Source: Octopus sinensis (lineage: Eukaryota). From it: a stretch of DNA of 64,000 nucleotides. Under the pieces are notes generated by a model that ran no database searches, was not told the origin of the DNA, and saw only the letters and a program-made list of their open reading frames with translations. How positions within the stretch are numbered: the stretch's first letter is position 1; each line of letters opens with the position of its first letter. Both the position numbers and the translations under genes were made by a program. The DNA lies in NCBI RefSeq assembly GCF_006345805.1, contig NC_042999.1, forward strand, positions 12,834,001-12,898,000, written 5' to 3'. Below, in pieces: positions 38,571 to 53,729 of this stretch.

Positions 38571-40350
38571 ACCTTCAACAAAGTAACAGTCATGTATACA
38601 ACTTGAACAGACACATGTACACAGACACGTCTACACACTTACGTAAATACTCACATACACATACATACATGCGTATGCATACGCACATACATGTACACAC
38701 ACGTACATACATACGTACGTACGTATGTACATACATACATACGTACACATACACACACACACACACGTACATATATATCATGAACTGTTACTTTCTCAGA
38801 TGCAGCATGGAATTTTGTCAGTGAACATGTCACGGTCTGAAAGTGACGAAAATATTTCGACAGATTAAATTTAAATGTTTAAGTGAATCTAACAGTTTTT
38901 GTGTGTTTTTAAATGGCTTACAAACACCTTCCACGCTGCAATTGTTTTCGTTCCAGCATACGCTCTCAGATCAGGTCACTTGCTATGCAAATAAATCTCT
39001 GTGATAATAATATATACTTTAGCCACATTTTTTACCCCCACCATAGTTTAATTACAAAAGATTTCCTGAATTTTTACTTGGATCTTAATCCTAAACCATT
39101 TAATTGATGAGGCCGAAACTTTTCAGATGCATTTGAAATAACTTCTGCCAAGTTTAATTCCATTTAACACTATATATTTCAAAAATCCATTTTGATAGAA
39201 ATTAATGGCAGTTTTTTCCACCCAACAGCTTCATTATTTTCAATTACACGTTCATAGTCCAAACCCATCATACAAGTTATCCTATGTATTCACATTTACT
39301 GAACAATGTTGATGCTCAACCTATCTCCGCATAGTTCACATTGCACATCTAACAAAATAGATTTCGTTTCACTAGAGGCCAGCTAGATTTAATTGCCATT
39401 CAACAATCCCTCTTTCTCACACACAAACACACAATTATATAATTATATAATCTATGAGAGAGAGCGAGAGAAACCTTCTGATGTCAACAGAGGCAGCAGC
39501 TTCCCTAAACGTCTGCAACCTTGGTCCATCTTCTCTCAAGTAAAACATGTGTCTGGCTTCGATAATGGACGGTTACTCATGTGGATGTCAGCCAAAAGAA
39601 GCCTGATTAATAAAGGGAACTTAAACTGATGGAAGATATGATCAGTGAGAGTCATTGCAGTTTTAGCCAAAGAAAGTAGATCACTGGCAGCACCTTTATT
39701 GGCAAAGTGTCAAGTAATTGTTTTGAAGAATGAACAAGTGTTGTGAAGCTGCCAAATTTGTTGTATTTACCAAATTTATTTTCTACAGTTCCGAATTTTC
39801 CCAAGCATTTAAAAAAGATTATATTTGCAAATTAATATATATTTTCATTTGTGGTGTGCACAATAAAGTAGAGGAATGGAGGCAAGCTCTTGATGATGAA
39901 CAACCAATAGCTGTGGTGGTGGTGATGGTGGTGGGTGGTTTGTTAAGGATGTAGATAATGGAAATGCTGCTGCTGCTGCTACTACTACTACTAATAATAA
40001 TAATAATAAAAGTTTCAAATTTTGGCACAAAGCCAGCAATTTTAGGGAAGTGGCTAAGTCAATTACAGTGACCCCCAATAATCAACTGGTACTTATTTCA
40101 TCAACCTGAAAAGGATGAAAAGCAAAGTCAACCTCAACTTAAAATGGTCAGTATTTTGTCCAGCATGCTAACAATTCTGCTAGCTCGCCAACCTGTTAAT
40201 AATAATAAAAATAGCAAACCAGAAAGGAATTTGTTTAGAATTTTTAGCTGAGATTTTATAAAAATATTTAAAAAAACAATTCAGATGGCAAAGTATGATG
40301 AGGAATAGATCGTTGTTTGGTGTGCATTTTTAAAAAATTTAAGCTATATT

Positions 40351-41276
40351 CAGGGTGTTTCAAAAAATTTGGTATCATTTCACCATCTAATAACTTTGCC
40401 AATTCTTGTTCAAATGACTTCAAATTTTAACTGCACGTGTAGAAAGAGGTCAAAACTTTATGCTTAATGTTTGATATGTTTATCTTTCTGGGTATAGAAA
40501 TGGCATTTACTGGAAGAGAAAAAGCGTTTTGTGTGTTGGAGTATGCTTGAACACAGTGGAACAAGACTGTGCAGCATGCATTTGTGAGAGAGTTCTCTAA
40601 AAAGTCACCAAAGGCAATGAAGATTTGGACATGGCACAAAAAATTCAAACAGGAAGGCTGTTTGTGCAGGGCAAAAGGATCTGGATGACCACTAACATCG
40701 GAAGAGATGGTTAAGCGGGTTTGCCAAAAGCTCTTGTGAAGTCCCAAGAAGTCCATAAGAAGAACAAGTCTGAAAACTCAGATTCCTCCAATGACAGCTT
40801 GGTGCATCCCGAGGAAATGCTTGCTAATGAAACCCAACAAGTTGCAGCTAATTCAGGCCATGATGGCAGATGACAAGCAAAAGCGCAAACAATTCTATGT
40901 TGATATGCAGGAGAAACTTGAAGAAGCCGAGTTGAAGGAACGTCTTGTTTTCAGTGATGAGGCCACATTTCATATGAATGGCAAAATCAATAAGCATAAT
41001 GTTTGCATTTTGGGTGAAGAAAATCCCCATGCCACAGTTGAGCATGAGAGGGTCTCACCAAAAGTGAATGTGTTCTGCACCATTTCCAAGAAGCATCTTC
41101 ATGGCCTGTTTTCTTTTCGTTCATGGAATCCACATATCTTTGAATTTCTTACTCAAATTTGGAGGAATAAATCTTATGTTGCTCAACATTAAGCCTGTTT
41201 AGTTTCATTTGCTTTGACTTTGTAGTTTCTGTGATATTTACATCTCAAATGATATCAAATTTTTTGAAACACCCTG
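40351..41276 (+). mobile_element. Internally deleted Tc1/mariner element (DD37D/maT-like)
   Basis: TIRs of about 30 bp (CAGGGTGTTTCAAAAAATTTGGTATCATTT / AAATGATATCAAATTTTTTGAAACACCCTG). Transposase remnant runs from MAFTGREKAFCVLEYA to VFSDEATFHMNGKINKHN; the C-terminal catalytic region is missing. Subfamily is inferred. Confidence 0.85.
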
Positions 41277-41661
41277 TATACTGATAAAGTTCTCTATATT
41301 GAGTTAGATGTGCAGGTCAGGCATGGCTTTGTGGTTACAAGTGCAGGCATGACTGGGGGGGGGGTTAAGAAGCTCAATTTGCTTCAGGTTTAGTCTCAAT
41401 GTGCAACAACTTAAGTGGGTTTTCTTCTTACTACCCTCCTAAGCTGACTAATGCCTTGTGAGTGAATTAGGTAGATGGAAACTGTGTGGAAGCCCATCAT
41501 ATAGGTGTGTGTCTTTATATCTGTTTCCCTCCCCATTGCTTAACAAGTGGTGTTGGTTTGTTCACATCTCATAAACTTAGATATGTTTCGACCAAAGATT
41601 GGTCCAGGCCATGGCTAACATAATAGCACCACCTAATAGGATTATTTGAATCCTGTTTAAG

Positions 41662-42960
41662 TCAAGTTTTGTTTATAGTCCATTCAAGTAGTGAGTTTTT
41701 GTTGGGTGATTTGTATCCAATTATGGGTGGCTTATCTGGTATTCCTTGAAGGAATCTATCCAGACTCCGTTTAAAGTTGATGGGATCCTTTTCCTCTTTG
41801 ATCTCTTTCAGGACAATGTTAAATAGGGCAGGGCCTGTTGAGGAAAAGAAATTATGTTGCAGTGTACATGCATGCTGTGATCTTGAATTGGGCAGGGGAC
41901 GTATGGCCCATGGTCCCAGTCTTGGATGAACCTTGAAGCTAATGTTCAGGTCGTTTGGGCAAAGTTGGCGGTATATTCTCCACATGGTACAAATGATGTA
42001 CCACTCACAGCGACGCTGGAGAGAGTAGAGTTTCAAGGCTTTAAGGCGATCCCAATAATCGAGAGCAGCCATGCCTTCAATTCGTTTAGTGAGTGCCCTC
42101 TGGGGTGATTCAATCCTCGAGATGTTTTGTCTTGTATGGGGAGACCACAGTGGGCAGCAGTATTCGAGGTGTGGCCATACAAAGGAGGAGAAAAGTGGTA
42201 TGATGACACTTTGTTCTCTGGACCGGAAAGTTCTTAAGATCCAGGAACCCATCCTACGAGCTATATCGACCTTCTTGTTGATGTGTGCACCCCAACTGAG
42301 ATCGTCATCAACAATTACACCCAGGTCTCTGATATTGTTAGAGGCTGTGAGCGGTTCCCCTGAAGGAAGAGAGTATGGCTGTTTTAGTGAGGAATTTCTT
42401 CCAAAATGCATCAGCTCAAATTTTCCCTCGTTCAGTTGCATTTTGTTTCTGTCTGCCCATTGACTCACAGCATATAGATCAGACTGGAGTTGAGTTCGGT
42501 CTGCTTCTTCATTGACGATTTGCTGGAGCTTAGTGTCATCCGCAAATATTTTCACTTTGCAGTAATGTACGACACGGGAAAGGTCGTTTATGTAAATTAT
42601 GAAGAGTAGCGGACCCAAGACAGTCCCCTGGGAGACACCACTGGTGACTTTTGCTGGGCTTGAGAGAACTCCATCAACTACAACATGTTGTGTTCTATTT
42701 GCCAGGAAATACTTAATCCAGTGTAGAACTTTTCCATGGATTCCAACATTTGCCAATTTTGAGAGTAGGATATTATGGTCTACCCTGTTGAACGCTTTAC
42801 TGAAGTCAAGATATATGACATCAGAGTTCGAACCTGTTCCCAAGGCTTTGAGTACATCTTCAATGTGGTGTAAGAGCTGTGTTAGACAGTCCCTGCCACA
42901 GCGAAAGCCATGCTGATTTGCATTTAGGAGTTTGTGAGTTTCACAAAAAAGAATAAGACC
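41662..42960 (-). mobile_element. 5-prime truncated CR1/L2-type LINE with an open RT C-terminal ORF
   Basis: ORF 41662..43053 contains QHGFR, YLDFSKAFNRVDH, SGVSQGTVLGPLLFIIYIND, FADDTK, IRDLGV, HLEYCCPLWSP and YSLQRR. Confidence 0.9.
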
Positions 42961-43605
42961 CAAACTTAAAAGACAAGTGCTGAGATTGATCTGTTTAGCT
43001 AAAACACTACAAGGCAGTGCTCTAGCATGGCTGCAGTTCAATGACAGGATCAAGGAAAAAAAAAAAAAGATAGGTTTTGGAATTTATCTTCTTTAGACAC
43101 AAATGAAAAAAAAAAACCCCAAAAAATGGAAAAATCAAATTTGAAAATCATTTCAGTGAGAAAATCCAATAATGGATAAAACCAGATAAAATATTGTTGA
43201 CAGATGTAAAGTGGGAAAAACATATGAAGAAAAGAAATATTATGCATAATTTAGAAAAGGCTGCTGTGTTTAAGATGCACACGTGTTGAAAATATAAACC
43301 AAGGAGACGAAGCATTATGCTGCAGACATTCCAAAAATGTAAAAAAAGGCAAAAAAAAAACAAAATATGACATTGCCATAACATTACTGTAAGAGGATTA
43401 GTAAGATTTGTGAGAATTTAAAGGAAAAATAAAGCATACTATATTAAATGATATAGGTTAGTTAAAGTGATTCCTTAATTGATTAGATGGAAAGAGAATT
43501 AATTAGCCAGAGATGCATGGCAAGTGGTCAGATAAAAAAAAATTTGTTCAAACAAGCAAAAATAGAAAAAAATGGGTTTTAAATATAAGAAAAAAGAAAA
43601 GATAC

Positions 43606-43640
<35 letters not shown>

Positions 43641-45031
43641 AAATGCAATTTAATGTTAAAAAAGAATTGATATTGACTGATATGAATAAAAATGGCTTAC
43701 ATTTTTTTTTTTCAATGCAAAACGTGCCAAAAGCAAGTGTTGTTGGGTGGAGAAAATTAAAGGAAAATTGGTTAAATTTCAAGAACGATGATTTCAACTA
43801 TTCCACCAAACTTTAATCTCTACACAGATGGAGGGGTGGGGGGGGGAGAGAAACCAATTGACAACTCTCAGCAGTAAAGAAAAAGATTCTTTTTACTTGG
43901 CTGACAAACTATAACCTCAGAATTCTATGAGATTTACCTTATTCTGGTTTCTTTCTAGAGCATTTAAGTAACTGAATAGAAGCCTGATCCCTGAATGGGA
44001 TGCCAGTTCATTGCACAGTCAATTGGTGGTGGTACTCATTTCCAGCTGAGTAGACTGAAGAAATGTGAAAGAGAGTATCTTTAATTAAGGATACAATGTG
44101 AACTCATGACGTCATAATTGTAAAGCCTAACACAGGAGTGGGTGCTTTCCATTTCCATAAATTAGTAGGATAAGTATTGGCAACAGGAAATTTGGAATCA
44201 GACCCAAGTCAGGCTGTAATGATCCCTCTAACTCATATCAGTATGGAAAAGTAAACGTAAGATGATGATAACAACTACAATAATGATAACCATGTGAATT
44301 TCCACAAAGTAACCGCTATGGGGAAGCTCTTCTTGCTAGAAAATGTAACCCAAAGATACATTAGGCAATGTAATCCTATATACAGCCACAGAGTAAAAAG
44401 GGAGAGCGGTGGTGATCAAAGCTGAAATTGCTTTCATAATAAATTTGTTCAATAACAAAAACTAATTTGAGTAGAGTTTTCTAAATCATTTAAACAGAAT
44501 GAATACAACTATTCTAAAGGAGTAAGAAAAACAGCTTCACCACTGCCATATGAAAAACTAACCTATAATCGTAATGATTTCTAAAGCCATGGCTATGCAT
44601 GAGAAAAATAGTGACAAAATGAAAGACATTGTTGCCAATAGATTCTTCAATATATATGACTTCAAAGAGACCTGGTTTGATGCAAATGATAAGCTAACAA
44701 ACTGAAATCATTTAAAACATTGGTTTTGGTACATCATGGTTCTGCATCGAAATACTTATGACATACTTGGTTTTCCAGCCCATCTGTTGATTGAGATAAA
44801 GGATTGAACTACAAACTCTCCACATAAAAAAAAAAAAGAGTACCAGTTCTTCATCTTAAGAAATCATTATAAAGCCAGTGGCGTGACAGAAAATAACGTC
44901 ACACTAAACCTATTTATTGGTGGTACCCAGTTTTCCTAACAGTCTCAAGTTCAAGTTTCACCAAGGCTGACTTTACCTTTTTCTGCTTTCAGAACTGATT
45001 TTATATATATATATATATATATATCATCATC

Positions 45032-45102
<71 letters not shown>

Positions 45103-46429
45103 CATATCAGGCATGAACAAGATTCAGATGTAATTAAGTAAATGACAAACTTATTATCTTGCGCCATTCTGTGACTGTTTATTAATCTTATAGTTAAGAT
45201 ATAAATACGAATAAAAAAGTAAAGATCGTTTTTTTACTATTTACCTAAAGTGCAATTAGAGGAGACAAGAGTGTGAATGCAAACCTTTACTGTGACAAGA
45301 GATCAGGGCCTTCTTTAATTTCTATAGAAAAGGTACTGAACTTTTATTAAATTCAAACATCTCCATGTGTAACTAATATTTTCTTTGAATTTATAAAATA
45401 AGAAAATTCAAAACTCAAATTCTTAGCAACACTTTGAAAATAAAGTATGAAGCATGCTAAAGTAAGATATCTTAAAAGCGGAGTGAGATGAAAAAATAAT
45501 TCAAACACCCGAGAAAAAACAATGAATCAGTATAAGAAAATTAATAGAAAAAAAATTAGTATTTTACTATCTGTGTGTGTGTGCATGTGTGTGAGAGAGA
45601 GAGAGAGATGTTAAGTAACTGCTGGCAGTATATAGACACATACTTCTAGACTAACAAAGAGTCGAGAGAATATTTATATGTGATACTTTTAAATGATGCA
45701 TATAAAAGTCTAACATCATCAAAAGGATTAACAGTAATAAAATAATATCAAATGGAATCATAATCTCTTTTTAAAACACAAAATATTAATTCACTGCCAG
45801 CAAACTCAAACTGGAACCAACTTACAGCAAACAAACACTACACTGTTGTTGTTATTGTTGTTGTTCAGTCATTGAAGTAGACAAAATTGGTAATATGGAA
45901 TGAATTATTAAAATAAAACCAGTGTCAAATAAAATGGAATATTAAATAGATTCTGAGAGTGAAGAAATGTTATGATAAGTAAATGGAGAGGGAAATAAGA
46001 GTGAAGTGTAAAATAGAAGTAAAAACAAATGTTTCATTACTCACAAGCCAAATTTTAACATGTTTCTCAGCAAGTGCATACTTTGGAATAGAACAAGATG
46101 ATAATAGGTAAATACATAAAAGACTCAGCCAGCTGAGCAATTGGTTAAAACTGTGTAGGCAATCTTTCAACCTGAATCATCTGAGACGATCAATTTCTAA
46201 ACACAACCAGTCAAAACAAGAGGAAATGTGTAGAGAAAGTAGTGTTGGAACAGAACTCGTGTTCAATATAGACATCTCCAGTTGTCATCAGAAACCTCTT
46301 TTCTAATCTGTTTAATTCACCCACACACACCCCAAATGCATTGTAACTACTAATAGAATAGAATATCTAACAACTGAAGTATGAACAACTATTACATCTA
46401 TATATAAAAAAGTATTATATACATGTATG

Positions 46430-46476
<47 letters not shown>

Positions 46477-49439
46477 CAAGTTGAAAGATATATTTTTCAA
46501 TGCATAAATACTGATAGAACAGCATAATATATAGGATAAAAATCCTTTCAGAGCAGAAAAGTTTGTCAGCAACCAATATATCCTTCTATTTGTTCTACAA
46601 TACATTACAACACTTCAAAAACAAACTTGTTTGTTTACATATGACATAATATATATATATATATATAAAAGATACAAGTGTGGCTTTTCCCAACCACATT
46701 GGTTGTCAAAAGATCAGGGCCTTCTTTAATTTCTATAGAAAAGGTACTTTAGGCAAATGACTTCCAACACTGACCAAAGCCTTGTGAGTTAATTTGGTAG
46801 ATGGAAACTGAAAGAAACTCATCAAATATGCATATGGGTGGGTGGATGCATTACTGCCTGCTTGCTTTCATATCCTGTGACAGTTTCATGTGAGAGTTAT
46901 GGACATGCAAGCAGTGTCCACTTCCAATCTTCTGTGACAACGTCTGGTTGTGCAGAAATATTGTTCTACTTGGGAACAAGAACAACATCCAGCTACAGAA
47001 AATCTGCCTCAAGAAACACCACCTGCCCCATGCAAGCATGAGAAAGTGGATGTTAAATGATGATATATGTGTTTCTTCTTTAGTAGATGCCATATCAAAA
47101 CTGTGTGTTAGATGCCATCGCATGTATTTCTTTATTTCTTTGTGCCAACTCTGAGACAGTGCAAAGTCCTGTGACCTGCAAAGTTCACAGAGATGTCATG
47201 CAGGCCTCACCACCAGTCTTCAACATCCCCATGGTGTTACAGGAAAAAACACAGTAACAGATTGATCTGTTTGATGAAAACAGTGGCCTACAAATTTTAG
47301 TTGTCTTTCATTGTCTGGCTGATGGGCAGTAAAGGTCCATATAGTGACTTGTTTGGTCAGCATAAGAGATGTTAAAAGCCAGCACAGAAGTTGAGTGTAT
47401 GTGCCATCTAGTGATCTTTGTCAGGCACCATAAGAAACCAGCATTCAGAATCACAGAACAGAACGGACAGTCAGGTGCAGAATATCCTGCTGCTGGCACC
47501 ATGTAACCCAGTACTACCTGTTTCATGGTCAGGTAGTCAACAACTAAACTGGCTCCCCCACCTAGCTTGTCAGGTGAGGAAGTTGTTGTGGACACTCTGC
47601 AGGACTAAAAACAACACTTGTCAAAGGATGGATGAGTTCATAGTAATCAAATGGCCATCCACACATTCGGTGTCTTGTAAAAAAAAAGTTGTGGGGTGGG
47701 GGACTAGTCAATTATATTGACCCCAGTGTTTCACTGGTACTTAATTTACTGACTCCGAAAGAATGAACGTCAAAGTTGACCTTGGTGGAATTTGGACTCA
47801 GAATGTAAGGACAGATGAAATGCCAATAAGCATTTTGCCCGGTATGCTAACGATTCTGCTAGCTTGTCACCTTAGCAGTAGTAGTAATAATACCAGGCAG
47901 TGGCTGTCATGGCTTCTGATCTTAACTGATTGGAAGTGCTATCATGTACATTGTTTTGTCTTCGTATAAAAGATGGGCTACAGCAAATATTCTGCTCAAT
48001 ACCACAGATTTGCTTGTCAGTTTTTTTACCGTAACCAGTTCAACATGTCCCTTGCTGGCTGATGATATGTGCATCTCTGATCATGAGCAGAAGTAGTGAG
48101 GGAGCATCATAGCCATGTGTCGAGAGAAATTCTTTGTTCGTTTGAATAATTCACCTCTGGAAACATGAGTGTTTCATTTAACCTCTTTAAACAAACCTTA
48201 TTCAGGGACGTCTTGAGCAGGATGGGCTACCCCACCTGATGAAAAGTCTAACTGAGTCCCACCTACAAGGTCATGTACTATTTATCTTGATATTCAAATA
48301 ACTGGTTCTTTAAGTAGATGGGAAAGGCAAATATTTTAAGGGACAAGTTTTACTATTAATGTAATTAACAGATCAAACTGGTCAGTCACAGATCATAGAA
48401 ATTACACACATTTTTTTACAACCATCCTGTTTATGGTAGATGTGAATTTGTTGGCATTATTTGAAATGAGCTTACTAGACTTTGATCTTTGCCAGGCAAG
48501 CTAGCAGAATCATAAGAGTATTGGATAAAAGGCTAGCATGCTGGCGTTTCCTTCAGTTTTGAGTTCAAATCTTGCCTAAGTCAATTTTGCCTATCAATGG
48601 TATCTATTTATCCCATCTCCACATGAGTTTTATTTTAGATCTCTCCAGATCTGAATATAGCAGATTTCTTCCAGAAAAAGAGAGAAAATTAAGAAAAGAG
48701 TGGAGAACAGTGAAGAATCAGCCTCAGTACATGACAGGTACTTTGAAAGGATGAAGACAAACCTTACTCAGCAGGATTTGAATTTAGAATACAGGCACTC
48801 AAAACAATTACTACGGAGCAATTTATCCAGCACTTTAATAGTTGCTCTACACCACATTGCTGCTGGATGCCAACCCCAACATTGAGGGTGAGTTTCCCGC
48901 AAGGCAGTTGCATGTCCAGGTGTGTCTGTGCATGGATGTGTAAAACCCAAATGTTGAATATTAAACAATGATCATATCCGGTTATAAGCAGAGATTTTAA
49001 TAATATAAAAAAGGATTTGAAATGTTTTTAAAGTTTTTGTTAAAAAATTAATTAAAAATAAATTCTACCAAATGTTCACTACAGTGGTTTGTGTAGGAAG
49101 CTAGAAATATGTCCACCGAAGTATTTATTCTTAAAACTTTTGAATAATCAATAATGCATCATAATAGTACTTAACAACTACTGAAATCACAGTATAAATG
49201 TGTAAACTAATTGATTTCTGAATGAATTAAAAGTGCAGATGAAATTACTTGTGAGTATTGATTCTACGTTAAAGTTGGAACCTAAAAGTGTTAAATAATA
49301 AACAAAGTAAAAGATAAAACATCATCATCATCATCGTAAATTAAATTCACATTAAAAAAAATATATATTTTCAATAAACAGAAAAGAGATGAAAGAAGCC
49401 CAAAAGTGCTAAAAACACTCTAGAAAGACGTAAAATACA

Positions 49440-51000
49440 TTGTTTTTTGTATTTACTTGCTTCTTAGCAAAGTTCTTCAAGAAAGAAGACATCATTCTAT
49501 CCACTGTCCATGTCTTTTGCAGTTTTCTTCTTTTTCTCGTTCCTTCCACATCCATGTTTATTCCAACACTGTAGGAATCTCTCTTGAACATTATGTCTTG
49601 TTCCTCTTGGAGACAGTTTTGCTCTTAACTCATCTGTATCTCTTCCTTCATGCATAACTAACATTACACATTCAGCAGATCATGCTTGTGTCATTTCTTT
49701 TTAACTTTTGCACAGCTTTTCCAGTGCCCACATCTCACTACCATGCAGCATTACAGTTCATACACATGCATCATACAATCGACTCTCTGCTCAGAGAGAG
49801 AAAAAGCCCTGTTATTGCAGAAGTAATAGCATGCAGAACTTTCACAGCCCCTACTTTTGACTTTGGCTGTCATGCTTTCAGAACAATGCCTCCCTCTATT
49901 GCTGATTAGCAATCAGCAACATCTTTGGACCTTCTGAGCATTGCAAGGATATTATTTTATTGGTGCTTTGAAGGATCACATTTCCAGACAAAGACTTTGT
50001 TCATTGTCAACTTGTCTTTGATTCCACTGTATTTGTTGCCTACTCAAAGATCACACTGAGTACACCAAATGACATTTAATCGGATTCCTTTTCTGCATAT
50101 TTACAGTTGGGCATCAGTCTTGTCTTCTTTCCTCCTTAATGAAAATTTAAGTTTTTGCTAAATTTACTCTGAAGTCTTGAGCCTAGGTTTTATTACCATG
50201 TCTGGAATTTCTTCTCTAAATACTCACAGCTTCTATTATAAGGATCAGTACATTACCATATGGAAGTTCTTCCTATTGGCAGTCAGTCTTAAACTCCACT
50301 GTCATGACTAAGAGATAAGAGGGGGCTTGGAACTGAGCATTGTTGGATATCTACTTGCATTCTAAATTCCTCACTGAATTCACTGCCACCAGACAAGTGA
50401 GCACAGTATTCAATCAAAGACCATCAATGGACCAATGAATGCTAGATAGAGAGGTTCAGTCTTGATTAGAAATATCTCTTGCAATTGTCTGACTACGAAG
50501 AGTGCATCAATGGTACCATGCCCTGGGATAAATCCAAACTGTATTTCATCTCAGTTGATTTACCTCCTAATCAACTATGCGAAAACTGTATTGTGTTGTA
50601 TGATACCTGCCTGAATTACGGTATTTGATGGCATATAAGATACATTCCCTACACCCCCAGGTTTCAAAACAAATAAACAAAAAAAACCTACCCTGGGTCT
50701 TGTGTATGAAGTTGGGCCTATAATACATGCTTTAATGCACTAAAAACATTTTTCTCCTGAAAATGTGTTGTGGAAATTGGGGTGCATGTAATATGCCTAT
50801 GCATCTTTTATGCTGTCAAATATGGTGCTTGGTTGACAATGTGGGTAACTAAAATGAGCCCTATTCCACCAGTTGTTTTCAGCATCTGAGCAACCACACC
50901 AGATGCTTCTTGATTTTCATATATTTGATTGCCATTTTGACCATATCACTGCCTACCTTAAAAGCTGCTCTCTCTCTGCTGAGTATAGTTCAAACACAAC
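49440..51000 (-). mobile_element. Highly decayed RTE LINE remnants
   Basis: Minus-strand pieces resemble the RTE end (DVEGTRKRRKLQKTW) and the MKxGKAxG region; many stops. Confidence 0.45.
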
Positions 51001-52147
51001 TTCATTAGTCTCCACCGTTTGCCTCTCAATCCATCCAACTCTTATTTTGAAGTCACTAACAACTAGCCTTCATTGGGTGATATATTATTCACCAGGGAAA
51101 CAATACAAACAACCATCAGTCTATCTCATTTCCTAGTGAGAATGAAATCTATCTAGCTTGCATGTTCACCTGACTGCAAATTGACAAAGGTGCTGCTTGG
51201 TTTCCTGAAGTTTATGTTGCAGTTAATTGACTTGCATAGCAGAACTTAAAGTGTTTTAATTCCTCCTTATTTCTAGAATCACATATGCATCCATTGCCGA
51301 CATACTCTAGAGTATACAGCATGGAGTTTCCCAACAAGCCCCATCTTCTTGGAAAGTCCTCTTACAACAAACTTTTACAAGAACATTGTATATAAATATG
51401 TATTCTAATATATCTGTACTAAAAACTGAAAAAAAGACGTATATTGCTCATTATTTAGGTAAATGCCTGCCTTAGAAAACCTACTGGTTGTATAATTATA
51501 GAAATCCATTCATTAAGAGTTGAACATTGAAAAATTTCCCAGTTGGTAACCTAGATCAAAACCTTATTAGCCCTAGAAAAGTCAATATTAAGAAAAGTGA
51601 CTGAAACTCAACATTGGAGTGAAGTGAAGGTCATTATCTGCATAAAACATGGAGAATATTTTTTTTAAATGCCAAAACAGATTATTTTCAATGAAACAGG
51701 CTCCAATCATACACAACTACACAACCCAAAGTCATTTAACGAATGCACAAATGACAAGTTTCTTGTCACACCTATATAATAGGTTGGTTTTTGCTTTCAT
51801 TCACACCAAGGAAAGAAATTAACTTTTTAAGCTTAATAATATTTTCCTCAGGAGGAGTGAAAGCTAACAGCTCAAAAATTAATTACTAGACAGTAACTAA
51901 AATAATTAAAGATGTTGAAAAGCACATGATGAAAATGACTAGTTATCTATCAACATTTGTTTATCACACCAGGAGATTTATTAAATATTGATAGGAATTA
52001 ATTAAATGATAATTTGTAATTAAATAAAAGAACATATGGGTTCCAGAAATCTGTGCTGTTTCATAGCATACAACTGAGGACTCTAGCAGTAATATTTTGA
52101 CAATTGAAAATAAATTTCATTTCATTTCATTTCTGTCTATGTCTATG

Positions 52148-52178
<31 letters not shown>

Positions 52179-52256
52179 TATATATTAGTTGAAATTTACA
52201 GAAAAACAAAAGACGAAGACAGGTGTATTAGTTTGACGCTCGGGAAGTAGGAAAGT

Positions 52257-52292
52257 CTTTTACATTTTGACCCTATGCTCCTCAACAGAAAG
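52257..52292 (-). ncRNA. Degenerate hammerhead-like motif, family 3
   Basis: Minus strand CTTT-CTGTTGA-GGAGC(atag)GGTC-AAAATGTA-AAAG keeps the spacing and stem I CTTT/AAAG. A similar decayed motif sits at 894-924 (+). Confidence 0.35.
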
Positions 52293-53638
52293 GAACGTGA
52301 GGAAATAGAGAGAGAATAAAAAACTTTTGGAGTTAGCAGTCAATCATGAAATTATCATATATTTAATGTGACATTATGAGCTAATCTAAAACTGATCACA
52401 TACATTATCAGAGGAAATAATTTTTTAACTGGCTGCAAGGACATAGTTTGCTATTGAAGCACTACTTGAAACAAACACCTTGTTGTTTTGTAAGTAGATA
52501 GATGCTAATAGTGAATAAACAACCAATATCTAGGTAGGACATACCTCTTCTCTAATGACATATTTGTTGCTATTAATCCACTCCTGTACCACTCTTATCC
52601 TATTGACAACTTCTGATATGAACATGTTAATATGATCTTAATAATATCCAACAGTTGGGAATAGGAAGAATTTGGTACAATATGTGCAATGACAGCAACG
52701 ATCCCAACTGTACTTCCTGAACAAAATGAAAGTCATAAAAACAATATTTCACTTTTCTCATTGAGTAAATATTTTTAAAAACCCATCTTTCATATTGTAT
52801 GATTCTTTTTGAAGCATCAATGAACACATTTAGAGTAAAACACAGAAGACTTTTAAGAAAATGTGGATGTATTCAAAACCTTGATGAATATTCCTCCTTT
52901 ACAAATTTAGAAAGTGTTTACAAGATTAAAAGGTGAGTGTCTTTAAGACTGTATCAAGCTACAATTTTAAAGAAATACAAACAGTTATCCAGACTATTAG
53001 TGGAATATAATGCTGGGGTCATCTAAAATCTTTGTTCCTTCCTTTACAAATTCACTATGTACTTACAAATTTAACAAGTGCTTGCAAGACAAAGTTGACT
53101 GTCTTTGTATCAAGTTATAATTGTAAAGTTATTCAAATGAAATATTCTGCCGAAGCAATATATTCCATCAATTTTATATGGTGATCAAATTCTTTTAATA
53201 AAAGAAAAAGTAGACAGTGTTAGTAAAAAAATATATAAAAATAACAAAAAGATTAATGATAAATAATTACAGCATGGAGAACACATATTGCCATTCAAAA
53301 ATACACAAAGACTTCACTAAAACATTATTTGGTGTTAAAACTTGTCATCATTCTAATTGTGATCTAGTCACTGATGTGGTTCCACTGCATCTCATTAGAA
53401 CCTGCATCAGTGACTAGATTGCAATTAGTGCCACAAAAATTTCAACACCAAATAATAAATGTTTCAGTTTGTGTTTTTGAAAAGCTAATTTGTCTTTCCT
53501 GCTGCAATTGCTTTAGTTTCATCACATTCACTGATCAAATCACTTGCCTGCCAAATACACCATCCGGATTAATGATGTTTTCATGAAAAAAAAAAAAACA
53601 GAATTTTATAAGCAACGATAAATTTGATATTTGCCTAC

Positions 53639-53729
53639 CTCCCTTTGTTCAGGGGTCAGTTGTATGTGCTCAGAATGTTGCAAATGTCGATCTTTCCGTC
53701 TCCACTTGGCAGCTTCTTGCATGCGGGTC
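53639..53729 (-). CDS. DENND5: DENND5 coding exon: (K)TRMQEAAKWRRKDRHLQHSEHIQLTPEQRE
   Basis: Acceptor tctgttttag and donor GAG|gtaggc; 91 nt, phase 2 to 0. Matches the DENND5 motif [22 protein letters not shown]. Confidence 0.92.

Noticed and set aside
39470-39605. Exon-like GC-richer stretch with a minus-strand acceptor
   Set aside because: All three frames from the acceptor hit stops, and there is no DENND5 similarity.
44768-44784. 17-nt microexon candidate caacag|ATGGGCTGGAAAACCAA|gtatgt on the minus strand
   Set aside because: It lies between two phase-0 DENND5 junctions and would shift the frame; the flanking exons already join into the conserved sequence.
46043-46175. Minus-strand open frame ending at a gtgagt donor (ORF 45970..46170)
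   Set aside because: Weak acceptor, phase-1 start incompatible with the phase-0 intron, and no homology.
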